Shown one piece after another: positions 27,084 to 36,105 of a stretch of DNA of 40,226 bases (within the stretch, counting starts at the first letter, position 1; each line of letters starts with the position of its first letter). The stretch spans positions 1 through 40,226 of the forward strand of contig JBKPAK010000144.1 of NCBI GenBank assembly GCA_046726415.1, written 5' to 3'. The position numbers and the translations under genes are program-made. The DNA is from Candidatus Methylomirabilota bacterium. GTDB taxonomy: Bacteria > Methylomirabilota > Methylomirabilia > Rokubacteriales > CSP1-6. Under the pieces are notes generated by a model. It was given only the letters and a program-made list of their open reading frames with translations. It had not been told where the DNA came from and ran no database searches.

Positions 27084-27566
27084 ATGATCCTCAGACCCCT
27101 GATCCGCGCCGTCGAGGCCCTCGTTCTCGTGGCGACCGCCGCGGTGACGAGCGCCGTGATCGCGGAAGTCCTCCTCCGCTATTCTCTCCACCGGTCCCTG
27201 ATCGTGACCGAGGAGCTGTCCCGCTACGGCATGATCTGGGTGGCGATGCTGGGTTCGGGGCTGGTGTTGCGCGAGGAAGGCCACGTCGCGACCGGTGGCC
27301 TCAGCCGGCTCGGCGGCCGTGGGCGGCGAATCGCGCGCGCGTTGACCGACCTGCTGTCGCTGCTGTTCCTCCTCGTCCTCGCCACGGCGGGGATCCAGGC
27401 GCTGCCCGCCCAGCTCGAGCAGCAGACCCTCACCCTCGGACTGACCATCTTCTGGTTCTACCTCGCTTTGCCCATTGGTGCGCTGCTGATGGCGCTGGTC
27501 ATCGTCGCGCGCATGCTGGGGCTCGACGGCGGCGCGCCCGCGCCACCGACGGCCGACGATCGGTGA
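27084..27566 (+). CDS. dctQ: TRAP transporter small permease
   Basis: Four TM helices, 'EVLLRY', 'EELSRY..IW' and 'GHV'; lies between dctP and dctM. Confidence 0.9.
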   Translation: MILRPLIRAVEALVLVATAAVTSAVIAEVLLRYSLHRSLIVTEELSRYGMIWVAMLGSGLVLREEGHVATGGLSRLGGRGRRIARALTDLLSLLFLLVLATAGIQALPAQLEQQTLTLGLTIFWFYLALPIGALLMALVIVARMLGLDGGAPAPPTADDR

Positions 27567-27570
27567 GCAC

Positions 27571-28860
27571 GTGCTGATCGTCCTGCTGATCCTCGCGTTT
27601 GCCGTGACCATGACCCTCGGCGTGCCCATCGCCTTCTGTCTCGGCCTGGCCGGTCTCACCTTCATCGCGCTGTCGGGGACGGTGCCGATTGCCGTCCTGC
27701 CCACCCTGATGTTCGGGGGAATGGACTCGTTCCCCCTGCTGGCGGTCCCGTTCTTCGTCATCGCGGGTGACCTCATGCAGCGGTGCGGGGTGCTGCCCAC
27801 GCTGGTCGAGCTGGCCAACAGCCTGGTCGGTCACTTCCGGGCCGGCCTCGCCTATGTCGTCGTGCTCACCGCCATGCTGTTCTCGGGCGTCACCGGCGTC
27901 GCCCTGGCGGATTGTGCAGCCATCGGGGCGACCATGGCGCCGAGCATGGTTCGTCAGGGATATCCGGGTGGTTTCGTGTCGGCGCTGATCGCCGGGTCGG
28001 CGGTGATGGGACCGATCATCCCGCCCAGCGTGGCCATGCTCATCTACGCGTACGTCTACGGCGGCGGGATCTCCGTCGGGAAGCTCTTCCTCATGGGTGT
28101 GGTCCCGGGGGTGCTGGTGGGCGCCGCCCTGATGGCCCTCGTCGGAGTGATCGCCTCCCGGCGGAACCTTCCCGTCAGCGGCCGGCGATTCTCGCTGCCG
28201 GCGGTCGGACGGGCCCTGCGCGGGGCGCTCCTCGGATTGATGGTGCCCGTGATTCTGCTCGGGGGCATCCTCGGCGGGGCCTTCACCCCCACCGAGGCCG
28301 GCGCGGTGGCCGTGCTCTACGCGGTGCTGATTGGCGTCTTTGTCCTCCGGACCCTGAGCGCGCGAGCGATCGTGGCGTCCTTGCTGGCCGGCGCCAGGAC
28401 GAGCGCAATCATCTACTTGCTCCTGGGCACATCGAACGTCGTGTCGTGGATCCTGGTCCGCAACCAGGTCCCGACGATGGTGGCCCAGTGGTCGCTCGAT
28501 CTCACCGGCTCGCCGTCGGTCTTCATGATCGCGACGATCGCGGTCCTGTTCGTGCTGGGCACGGCGCTGGAGGCTGTTCCGATCATGATCATGCTCATTC
28601 CCGTACTGGCGCCGGCCGCCACGGCGTACCGCATCGACCCGCACCATCTCGGCCTGGTCGTGGTCATGGCGGTGCAGACGGCCCTGCTCACGCCGCCCGT
28701 CGCCCTCAGCCTCTACGTGGTGGCGACGATCGTGAAATGCCCCATGGGGGAGGCGACCCGAGAGGTCTGGAAATTCGTGATCGTGGTCCTGGCCATCACC
28801 GTCGTCACCGCGCTGTGGCCGGCCATGCCTATGGTGATCCCACGGCTGTTCGGGTTCTGA
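27571..28860 (+). CDS. dctM: TRAP transporter large permease
   Basis: 'SFPLLAVPFF', 'GPIIPPS', 'FTPTEAG' and 'LTPPVA'. Confidence 0.93.
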   Translation: MLIVLLILAFAVTMTLGVPIAFCLGLAGLTFIALSGTVPIAVLPTLMFGGMDSFPLLAVPFFVIAGDLMQRCGVLPTLVELANSLVGHFRAGLAYVVVLTAMLFSGVTGVALADCAAIGATMAPSMVRQGYPGGFVSALIAGSAVMGPIIPPSVAMLIYAYVYGGGISVGKLFLMGVVPGVLVGAALMALVGVIASRRNLPVSGRRFSLPAVGRALRGALLGLMVPVILLGGILGGAFTPTEAGAVAVLYAVLIGVFVLRTLSARAIVASLLAGARTSAIIYLLLGTSNVVSWILVRNQVPTMVAQWSLDLTGSPSVFMIATIAVLFVLGTALEAVPIMIMLIPVLAPAATAYRIDPHHLGLVVVMAVQTALLTPPVALSLYVVATIVKCPMGEATREVWKFVIVVLAITVVTALWPAMPMVIPRLFGF

Positions 28861-28922
28861 ACTGACGGTAGAGCCCGCCACGCCCGAGCCGCGGCGGCCG
28901 CGCAGGAAGGAGACCGACCCTC

Positions 28923-29684
28923 ATGAGCAACGAAGCGAGCACGGGGCGAGTCGTGGTGATCACCGGCGCCGGGCGGGGAATCGCCCGGCGGATCGCCCTC
29001 GATTTCGCGGGCGAGGGCGCCCGCGTCGTGGTCGTGGACCTCGTCGCAGAGCGGGCCACGCGCACGGTCGCCGACATCGAGGCGGCCGCCGGTACCGCGC
29101 TGGCCGTCGCCTGCGATGTCCGCGATGAAACCGCCGTTGAGCAGATGGTGGGACAGACCGTGCGGGCGTTCGGGCGCATCGACGTGCTCGTGAACGCCGC
29201 CGGGGGCTACACGCTCGGCCGGGTGAGCCACCAGCTCTCCGCCGAGGACTGGGACATGGTGCTGGACTCGAACCTGAAGGGCAGCTTCCTCTGTTGCAAG
29301 CACGTGATCCCGCACATGATGGCGGTCGGCGGTGGGCGCATCATCAATTTCTCGTCGAACGCCGGGCGCACGTCGAGCCCGGCCCTGGGCGTGCACTACA
29401 CGGCGGCCAAGGCCGGCGTGCTCGGGCTCACGCGGCATCTGGCCAAGGAGTACGCTCCGCACCGGATCCTGGTGAACACGATCGCGCCAGGTCCGGCGCT
29501 GGTCGAGCGGAACTTCGAGATCATGACCGAGGAAGGCCGGGAGCAGCTGCGCAAGGACATCCCGCTAGGGCGCTACGCCGAGCCGGAAGACCTCTCGGCC
29601 GGTGTCCGCTTCCTGGCCTCCCAGGGCGCGCGGCATATTACCGGGGCCACCCTCGACGTCAACGGTGGCTATGTCATGATCTGA
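28923..29684 (+). CDS. Classical SDR (FabG-like)
   Basis: TGAGRGIA, NAAG, catalytic YTAAK and 'ITGATLDVNGG'. Confidence 0.92.
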   Translation: MSNEASTGRVVVITGAGRGIARRIALDFAGEGARVVVVDLVAERATRTVADIEAAAGTALAVACDVRDETAVEQMVGQTVRAFGRIDVLVNAAGGYTLGRVSHQLSAEDWDMVLDSNLKGSFLCCKHVIPHMMAVGGGRIINFSSNAGRTSSPALGVHYTAAKAGVLGLTRHLAKEYAPHRILVNTIAPGPALVERNFEIMTEEGREQLRKDIPLGRYAEPEDLSAGVRFLASQGARHITGATLDVNGGYVMI

Positions 29685-29753
29685 GCGTCGCCGCGGCCCC
29701 GCCCCGCGCCCACGTCTCTGGCCACCCTCCGAATCGGCGCCATCCGGGGCCGA

Positions 29754-29808
29754 TTGACATCCCCCCGCCGGGTGCATAATAATTAAATGCTATGAATGAA
29801 AATTACGA
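29754..29808 (+). promoter_or_regulatory. Sigma70 promoter with two tandem ARG boxes overlapping the -10 and the argR start
   Basis: TTGACA at 29754-29759; AT-rich -10 region 29775-29783; 18-mers ggTGCATAATAATTAAat (29771-29788) and taTGAATGAAAATTACga (29791-29808), 2 bp apart. Confidence 0.7.
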
Positions 29809-30292
29809 CCGGCGGGGCGCGACCCAGCGACACGAGGTGATCGTGCAACTCATCCGGTCGGGATCGGTAGAGTCCCAGGTCGAGCTGCGGCGCCTTCTGG
29901 CTCGGCGGGGCATCCGGGTCGCCCAGCCCACGCTGTCACGGGATCTGCGGGTGCTGGGCCTGGCCAAGACGCCGCGCGGATATCTGATTCCCGACGGACC
30001 GGTGGCCCGGTTCGCGCCGACGGCGATGCGTGAGGCCAAGCTGCAGCGCGCGCTCCAGGAGTTTGCCCTGGCGATCCACGCGGCCGGGTCGCTGGTCGTG
30101 GTGAAGACGCCGCCCGCGGCGGCGCAGCCCGTGGCGCGAGCGCTGGACGAAGTGGGGCGGCCCTCCATCGTGGGGACCATCGCGGGAGACGACACGGTGT
30201 TCGTCGCGACCCCCACCGGGCGCTCGGCCCGCGCGCTGGCCCGGAGCCTCACCGCCGCGGTCGAGCGGCAGCGTGGAAAATCTGGAGGATGA
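29792..30292 (+). CDS. argR: Arginine repressor
   Basis: 'SQVEL...[13 protein letters not shown]', 'VVKTPP' and arginine-binding 'GTIAGDDT'. Confidence 0.95.
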   Translation: MNENYDRRGATQRHEVIVQLIRSGSVESQVELRRLLARRGIRVAQPTLSRDLRVLGLAKTPRGYLIPDGPVARFAPTAMREAKLQRALQEFALAIHAAGSLVVVKTPPAAAQPVARALDEVGRPSIVGTIAGDDTVFVATPTGRSARALARSLTAAVERQRGKSGG

Positions 30293-30297
30293 TCACG

Positions 30298-30360
30298 CGC
30301 CGCGGGCGGCTGGAGGCCAGAGCACAATCAACTCGCCGCGGGCGGCTGGAGGCCAGAGCA
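30298..30360 (+). repeat. 27-bp perfect direct repeat (36-bp period) containing the RBS of the GNAT gene
   Basis: cgccgcgggcggctggaggccagagca at 30298-30324 and 30334-30360; the second copy ends in the A of ATG. Confidence 0.9.
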
Positions 30361-30803
30361 TGAGCGACCCTGAAGTTTCCGGCATCGTCGTGAGCAGCGA
30401 CCCGTCGCGGCTCGACCTGGATGTCATCCACGTTTTTCTGTCGAAGGCGTACTGGGCCCTGGGGATTGGCCGCGACATCGTCGCGCGGTCCATCGAGCAC
30501 TCGCTCTGCTTCGGGGCGTTCGACGGGAATCGCCAGGTGGGATTCGCTCGGGTCATCAGCGACCGGGCCACCTACGCCTACGTGTGCGACGTATTCGTCC
30601 TCGAGTCCCATCGAGGGCGCGGAGTGGGCAAGCGCCTCATGGCGTCCATCATGTCGCACCCGGAGCTGCAAGGGCTGCGGCGGTGGACGCTCTTTACCCG
30701 CGATGCCCACGGGCTGTATCGACAGTATGGCTTCGGGGAAGGGCGCCATCCGGAGCGGTTCATGGAGATATTCTCCGACAAGCCCTACGGAGTCGCGGTA
30801 TGA
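30360..30803 (+). CDS. GNAT family N-acetyltransferase
   Basis: '[10 protein letters not shown]', '[17 protein letters not shown]' and '[11 protein letters not shown]'. Confidence 0.92.
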   Translation: MSDPEVSGIVVSSDPSRLDLDVIHVFLSKAYWALGIGRDIVARSIEHSLCFGAFDGNRQVGFARVISDRATYAYVCDVFVLESHRGRGVGKRLMASIMSHPELQGLRRWTLFTRDAHGLYRQYGFGEGRHPERFMEIFSDKPYGVAV

Positions 30804-32029
30804 GCGCTCTCGCGCTGGCCGAGTTCCCGACGCGGGCCCTCATGGACATCACCGCGCGGCCACCGGTCGTCTTCGTCAGGGGCCGGGGATCGTGGCTGAT
30901 CGACCACACGGGCAAGGAGTACCTCGACTTCGTCCAGGGCTGGGCGGTGACCAGTTTGGGGCACTGTCCGGACGTGGTGATCGAGGCCCTCACCACCCAG
31001 GCCCGACAGCTCATCACGCCCAGCCCGGCGTTCTACAACGATCCCTCGTTGCGCCTGGCCGAGATGCTGACCAGGCACTCGTCCTTCCAGCGCGTGTTCT
31101 TCTGCAACTCCGGTGCGGAAGCCAACGAGGGTGCGATCAAGCTGGCCCGCAAGTGGGGCCAGAAATTGAAGCACGGCGCGCACGAGATCATCACCTTCGA
31201 CGGCGCCTTTCACGGCCGCACCTTGGCCACCATGTCGGCGAGTGGCAAGCCGGGCTGGGACACCATGTTCGCGCCTCAGGTGCCGGGGTTCCCCAAGGCG
31301 ACATTGAACGACATCGCCTCGGTCGAGCGATTGATCACAGAGGCCACGGTAGCCGTGATGGTGGAGCCCGTCCAGGGGGAGTCCGGAGTCGTCCCCGCCA
31401 CGACGGACTTCATGCGCGCGTTGCGCGCCCTGAGCCGGGCCCATGACTGCCTGATGATCGTCGACGAAGTGCAGACGGGAATGGGCCGCACCGGCACCTT
31501 GTTCGCCTACGAGCACTTTGCCCGTGACCACGGGGAAGCGCCCGACATCATGACCCTCGGCAAGGGCATCGGAGGTGGCGTGCCGCTGGCGGCTCTCTGC
31601 GCCAGGGAGGAAATCGCCGTCTTCGAGCCCGGCGATCAGGGTGGCACCTATAATGGCAACCCCCTGATGACCGCGGTCGGCGGCGCGGTGCTGCGCGAGA
31701 TGCTCACCCCCGACTTCCTGCCCGGTGTCGTCGAGAAGAGCCACCGTCTGAGCGAGCGGTTGAAGGCCCTGGTCCAGGAGCTGGGTCTCTCGCACGAGCG
31801 CGGTCTCGGGTTGCTGCGCGCGCTGGACCTTGGCTCAGCGATCGCCAGCGAGGTGGTCGACTACGCCCGCGATCACCTCGAGAAGCATTCCGGCTGGGCG
31901 CGGAGGGGCTTGCTGCTCAACGCCCCTCGCCCGAATCTCCTGCGATTCATGCCCGCGCTCACCGTCGCCGCCACCGAGATCGATCTGATGGTCGAAGGCT
32001 TACGGCTGGCGATTCTGGCCGTGCGCTGA
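30800..32029 (+). CDS. argD: Acetylornithine aminotransferase (class III PLP)
   Basis: '[13 protein letters not shown]', 'NSGAEANE', 'FHGRT', '[11 protein letters not shown]', 'TLGKGIGGG' and 'GGTYNGNP'; in an operon with argR. Confidence 0.92.
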   Translation: MSALALAEFPTRALMDITARPPVVFVRGRGSWLIDHTGKEYLDFVQGWAVTSLGHCPDVVIEALTTQARQLITPSPAFYNDPSLRLAEMLTRHSSFQRVFFCNSGAEANEGAIKLARKWGQKLKHGAHEIITFDGAFHGRTLATMSASGKPGWDTMFAPQVPGFPKATLNDIASVERLITEATVAVMVEPVQGESGVVPATTDFMRALRALSRAHDCLMIVDEVQTGMGRTGTLFAYEHFARDHGEAPDIMTLGKGIGGGVPLAALCAREEIAVFEPGDQGGTYNGNPLMTAVGGAVLREMLTPDFLPGVVEKSHRLSERLKALVQELGLSHERGLGLLRALDLGSAIASEVVDYARDHLEKHSGWARRGLLLNAPRPNLLRFMPALTVAATEIDLMVEGLRLAILAVR

Positions 32030-32091
32030 GACACGGGATCGCGTCCCGCGGCGACCGGGCGCCCAAACGCCGGCAGTCCCAAAGGCCGGCA

Positions 32092-32166
32092 GGAGCGGCG
32101 CGCGCCGGCTCCTCCGGAGCGCGACGAACGCTGGGAGGCATGGGGGCCCTATCGAGGCCCCGCATG
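32092..32166 (+). repeat. Two-hairpin REP-like element, copy C, between convergent genes
   Basis: ggagcggcgcgcgccggctcc stem followed by catgggggcc-ctatcga-ggccccgcatg. Confidence 0.55.
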
Positions 32167-33211
32167 TCACCAGACCGCGAAGCACTTGGGGGCGTTGAAG
32201 ATGTAGGTCTCGATGAAATCGGTCTCGGTGGGCCGCCGACCGAGCTCGGCCATCGCGCCCGCGAGGCACATCCAGTTCAGCATCTCCTGCTGGCCACTGT
32301 CTTCGATCGCCGCCAGCGGCGTCTGCCGCCACGCCTCGTAATTCCCCGTGCGCAGCGTCTCGTACATGGCGCGGTCGGCCTCCACGTCAGGGTAGAGCAG
32401 ATGGTGCTTTGGGGTCAGGAAGGCGTGCGACCAGCTCGACGAGGCAATCAGCGCGACGCGCCAGGGACTCCGAGCCACGACCCGCGCACAGGCCCGTCCG
32501 AGGTCGAAGCACCGCCAGGGGGGCGGCGATGGCGGATCGAGCTTCTCTTCCGCCTGGCCTGCCACGTTGCCCGCGCCGCCGTATTGCGCGATGACCCGCC
32601 GGCCATAGCAGTTCACCTGGAACGGCACCACGGGGTTAGGGGAAGCCCTGGCGATCGTAGTCGAGAAACAAGAGGGTGTTCATGAAGGCGTGACCCAGCG
32701 GATGGTGCAGCGGCCGATACGCATACGACAGGTCGAAGCCTTCGTCGAGCAGGCTGCTCGTCAGGAACTTCGCAGCCTGCCGGTGGCCCTTGTACACGAA
32801 GGTCGAATCCTGCGACTCCTCCCAGGCGTTGGCTCGCCAGCGAGGCTCCGCCCACGGCCGGTGCTCGATCGACTCGTAGGCCAGGACGCAGAACGGCGGG
32901 ATGATGTCTTCCTTGAAGTTCTCGTACTGGTCGTCGCCCCAGATCACCACAAGGTCCGGCGCGAAGTCGTCCAGCCGCCGCCGCGCCTTCTGAAACCACG
33001 GCACGACCGCCGCGCGGTGCCGTCGGGCCGCGCCCAGTCCTTCGTCGGAGCCCCACTCCTGCTGCATCGGCACCGGCCATTCCCCCGGACGACGGTAGCG
33101 TTCGGGCAGATCGGGATCCTGGAGCACCCGCTTGAGGATGCGCGTCATATCTTCGTCGCGCCCGGCCAAGAGTGGAGAATGAGTCACGCCGAGACCCAGG
33201 ATCGCTCCCAT
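32167..33211 (-). pseudogene. LigB-like (class III extradiol dioxygenase fold) protein with a 1-bp insertion near 32637
   Basis: 'GVTHSP', 'WGDDQYENF', 'LGHAF' and 'SSSWSHAFL'. Removing one A (CCC TAA CCC to CCC TAC CC) joins GFP-YPVVPFQVNC to ORF 32167..32631. Confidence 0.8.
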
Positions 33212-33247
33212 GGAAGTCCCTCCTCGCGACGTGCGATCGGCGTGCCG

Positions 33248-33257
33248 ATGGTACACT
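33248..33257. promoter_or_regulatory. Putative bidirectional -10 element (ATGGTACACT)
   Basis: Plus strand TGgTACACT and minus strand TACCAT, centred in the 75-bp divergent gap. Confidence 0.45.
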
Positions 33258-33286
33258 CTCGCCCACGCGACGGAAAGGAGCCGCTC

Positions 33287-34525
33287 ATGGCCGGATCGAC
33301 GCTTCCGTCTCTGATCTCCAGCGATGGTCACCTCGAAGTCCGCCCCGAGCGCTGGACTCCCCGGATGCCGGCGAAGCATCGCGACAAGGCGCCGCGCACG
33401 ATCAAGCTCCCGGATGGGGGCGATGCGATCCTGGTCGAGGGGCAGCCGCCCTATCCCGCCCCGTTCCTCGATCTGAGGGCCGGTCGGACCAACGAGACCT
33501 GGCAACCATTCGGCGCGACGGTGGAAGACACGGCCGGCGTGGGCCCACCAGAGCAGCGGCTCCGCGAACAGGATGTGGACGGCCTGCAGGCCGAAGTACT
33601 CTTCCCCAACATGCAGGTGGGTCCGCGACTCTGGCGCGCCATGGCGGACAACGACGTGTACCTCTCGGTGGTCCGCGCGTACAACGATTGGCTGGGCGAG
33701 GAATACTGCCCGGTCTCGCGCGATCGCCTCATCGGCCTCGGGGTCATCCCGTGGACCAACGTCGATGACGCCATCGCTGAGCTCGAGCACTGCGCGAAGC
33801 TGGGTTTGAAAGGCGTCACCTTGGGCGTCTTCCCCGACGGCAAGGGCTATCCGACGCCGGAGGACGACCGGTTCTGGGCGGCCGCGATCGACATGAAAAT
33901 GCCGCTGACGGTGCACGTGGCGTTCGACCGCCTGGGGCCCCGCGCGTCTCAGCCCACCTTCGAGTACCCCGGCGCCGATCCCGAGGTGCTCGCCAAGCTC
34001 GGACCGCGGAAGCTGGTGGAGTGGGTGGCGCTGCCATTCCTGGGCACGGCCCCGGCCATGAGCTTCGCCCAGATGATTCTCTCCGGCGTCTTCGATCGCC
34101 TGCCGAATCTGCAGATCTTCTTCGCGGAGACGCGCCTCGGCTGGGTGCCGTTCTGGATGGAGGAGGCGGACTACTGGTACGAGCGGCATCGCCATTGGGC
34201 GGTGCGTCTCCTCAACTTCAAGCCCCTGAAGCGTAAGCCCAGCGACTACGTCCGCCAGCACATCCACTTCAGCGTGCAGCACGTGGAGCGCGTGGCGGTC
34301 GAGCTGCGGCACCACATGGGCGTCGAGAACATCATGTTCGCGACCGATTTCCCGCACATCGAATGCGACTGGCCGAACACCCGTCCGTTCGCTGAGCGGC
34401 TCTTCGCGGGAGTAGCGGCCGACGAGGCCTTCAAGATCGCCGCAGGCAACATGCTGGCCTACTTTCGTCTCGAGGACACTCCGATGGGCCAGAAGGTGCT
34501 GGCGACGGCCCCTAGCGCGGGTTAG
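33287..34525 (+). CDS. Amidohydrolase_2 family protein
   Basis: 'ISSDGHLE', 'RAYNDWL', 'LTVH', 'AETRLGWVP' and 'FATDFPH'; AAGGAG RBS. Confidence 0.92.
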   Translation: MAGSTLPSLISSDGHLEVRPERWTPRMPAKHRDKAPRTIKLPDGGDAILVEGQPPYPAPFLDLRAGRTNETWQPFGATVEDTAGVGPPEQRLREQDVDGLQAEVLFPNMQVGPRLWRAMADNDVYLSVVRAYNDWLGEEYCPVSRDRLIGLGVIPWTNVDDAIAELEHCAKLGLKGVTLGVFPDGKGYPTPEDDRFWAAAIDMKMPLTVHVAFDRLGPRASQPTFEYPGADPEVLAKLGPRKLVEWVALPFLGTAPAMSFAQMILSGVFDRLPNLQIFFAETRLGWVPFWMEEADYWYERHRHWAVRLLNFKPLKRKPSDYVRQHIHFSVQHVERVAVELRHHMGVENIMFATDFPHIECDWPNTRPFAERLFAGVAADEAFKIAAGNMLAYFRLEDTPMGQKVLATAPSAG

Positions 34526-34599
34526 GCGCGTGTCGGAGCAGCGAGGCGCGGGTGGCATCGAGGGGCGCCACGGCGACGGCGAAGCGCCCCGAGCATCGA

Positions 34600-34710
34600 G
34601 GGGTGTCGATCCCGAACCCACCGATGCCGGACGACCCCGAGCACGGCTACATGGCGCGTGTGGCACGCGAGATCCTCCCGCGCGTGCGTTCGGCGCTCGG
34701 CGTCCGCACC
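34600..34710 (+). pseudogene. Possible C-terminal remnant of an LLM-class oxidoreductase
   Basis: 'IPNPPMPDDPEHGYMARVAREILPRVRSALG' resembles the terminal 'A.EVLP' helix of luciferase-like proteins; no N-terminal part is present. Confidence 0.35.
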
Positions 34711-34937
34711 GGCACTGGCCTCGACTCCTGGGGCAGTGCCGTCTCGCGTTCAAGATCATCGCTGCGGAGATCGGACTCTGACTCTTGACGCCACCTGCCC
34801 GTCCCGGCTCTGACGCTTGACCTTGCTGATCGATACGGTCCACACTCGCCGACGTGAGCGGCGCGACGCCGCACGTCCACCTCCGCCAACCGGCGGCGAC
34901 CGGCTCGGAACGCTCCTCAGCCAGGAGGCATGACGCG

Positions 34938-36077
34938 ATGAAGCGGAGCACCGACCGCATCCTGACCACGCACACGGGGAGCCTGCCCCGTCCCTGGGAT
35001 CTGACCGCGATGCTGGAGACCTTGGACACCGGGGGCGCTCTCGACGCCGCCGCCTTCGAGACCCGGGTGCGCGGGGCTGTAGCCGACGTCGTACGGCAGC
35101 AGGTGGACGCAGGCGTGGACATCGTCAACGACGGCGAGCAGGGGAAGGTCGGCTACTCCACCTATGTGCGACATCGCCTCACCGGATTCGGCGGACAGAG
35201 CGCGGTGCCAGCCCGGGCCGACTGGTCGGATTTCCCCGAGGCCGCGGCCCGCGCCGAACGGCGCTCGACGATCTCTCGCCCGTCATGCGACGGCCCAATC
35301 GACTGGAAGGATCGGACGACGGTGCAGAAGGACGTCGCCAACCTGCGCGCGGCCCTGAGCGGTGTCCAGGCGACGGAGGGTTTCATGACGGCCGCCTCGC
35401 CGGGTGTCATCGCGCACTTCCTCCGCAACGAGCACTACCCGACTCGGGAGGCTTATCTGGCGCGCTTGGTCGACGTCATGAAGGACGAGTACGACGCCAT
35501 TCACCGGGCAGGGTTCATCCTCCAGGTCGACTGCCCCGATCTCGGCATGGGACGGCACCTGGCCTTTCCCGACCTCAGCAACGCGGAGTTCGTGAAGATC
35601 GCCGAGGCCAACGTCGAGGCGCTCAACCACGCGCTGCGAGACATCCCGGCCGACCGCCTGCGCCTGCATCTCTGCTGGGGCAACTACGAGGGACCGCATC
35701 ACCGCGACATCCCGCTCCGCGAGATCATAGGCGTAGCGCTCAAGTCCCGCGCCCAGGCCCTATCCTTCGAGGGGGCCAACCCCCGCCACGAGCACGAATG
35801 GGTGGTCTTCCGGGAGGTGCGCCTGCCGGATGACCGGGTGATCATTCCCGGCGTGCTCGATTCGACGACCAACTTCATCGAGCATCCGGAGCTGGTCGCC
35901 CAGCGCCTCGTGCGCTACGCCGAGGTGGTGGGGCAGGAGCGCGTAATTGCCGGCACCGACTGCGGCTTCGCCACGTTCGCGCGGTCCGTCCCGGTGGTCG
36001 AGCCCGAGATCGCCTGGGCCAAGCTCCGGTCGATGGCCGAGGGGGCTCGGCTGGCTTCCGCACAGCTCTGGCGCTGA
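34938..36077 (+). CDS. Cobalamin-independent methionine synthase II-family (MetE C-terminal core) protein
   Basis: 'ILTTHTGSLPRP', 'NDGEQGK', Zn ligands HLCWGN...E...GTDCGF; only 379 aa (single barrel). Confidence 0.92.
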   Translation: MKRSTDRILTTHTGSLPRPWDLTAMLETLDTGGALDAAAFETRVRGAVADVVRQQVDAGVDIVNDGEQGKVGYSTYVRHRLTGFGGQSAVPARADWSDFPEAAARAERRSTISRPSCDGPIDWKDRTTVQKDVANLRAALSGVQATEGFMTAASPGVIAHFLRNEHYPTREAYLARLVDVMKDEYDAIHRAGFILQVDCPDLGMGRHLAFPDLSNAEFVKIAEANVEALNHALRDIPADRLRLHLCWGNYEGPHHRDIPLREIIGVALKSRAQALSFEGANPRHEHEWVVFREVRLPDDRVIIPGVLDSTTNFIEHPELVAQRLVRYAEVVGQERVIAGTDCGFATFARSVPVVEPEIAWAKLRSMAEGARLASAQLWR

Positions 36078-36105
36078 CCGGCATGCCAACGACGCGAGGA
36101 GACGT

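Noticed and set aside
19770..30360. Direct repeats as CRISPR arrays
   Set aside because: Only two copies each, they overlap RBS/start codons, and there are no cas genes.
34790..34937. SAM, SAH or cobalamin riboswitch upstream of the MetE-like gene
   Set aside because: I could not match the conserved cores of these riboswitches; an Infernal/Rfam scan would settle it.
32636..35128. Long antisense or alternative-frame ORFs (e.g. 830 aa here, 4239..6041, 20412..22325, 24577..26325)
   Set aside because: They are shadow ORFs of real genes in high-GC DNA; only the 33211-32636 part of this one is real.
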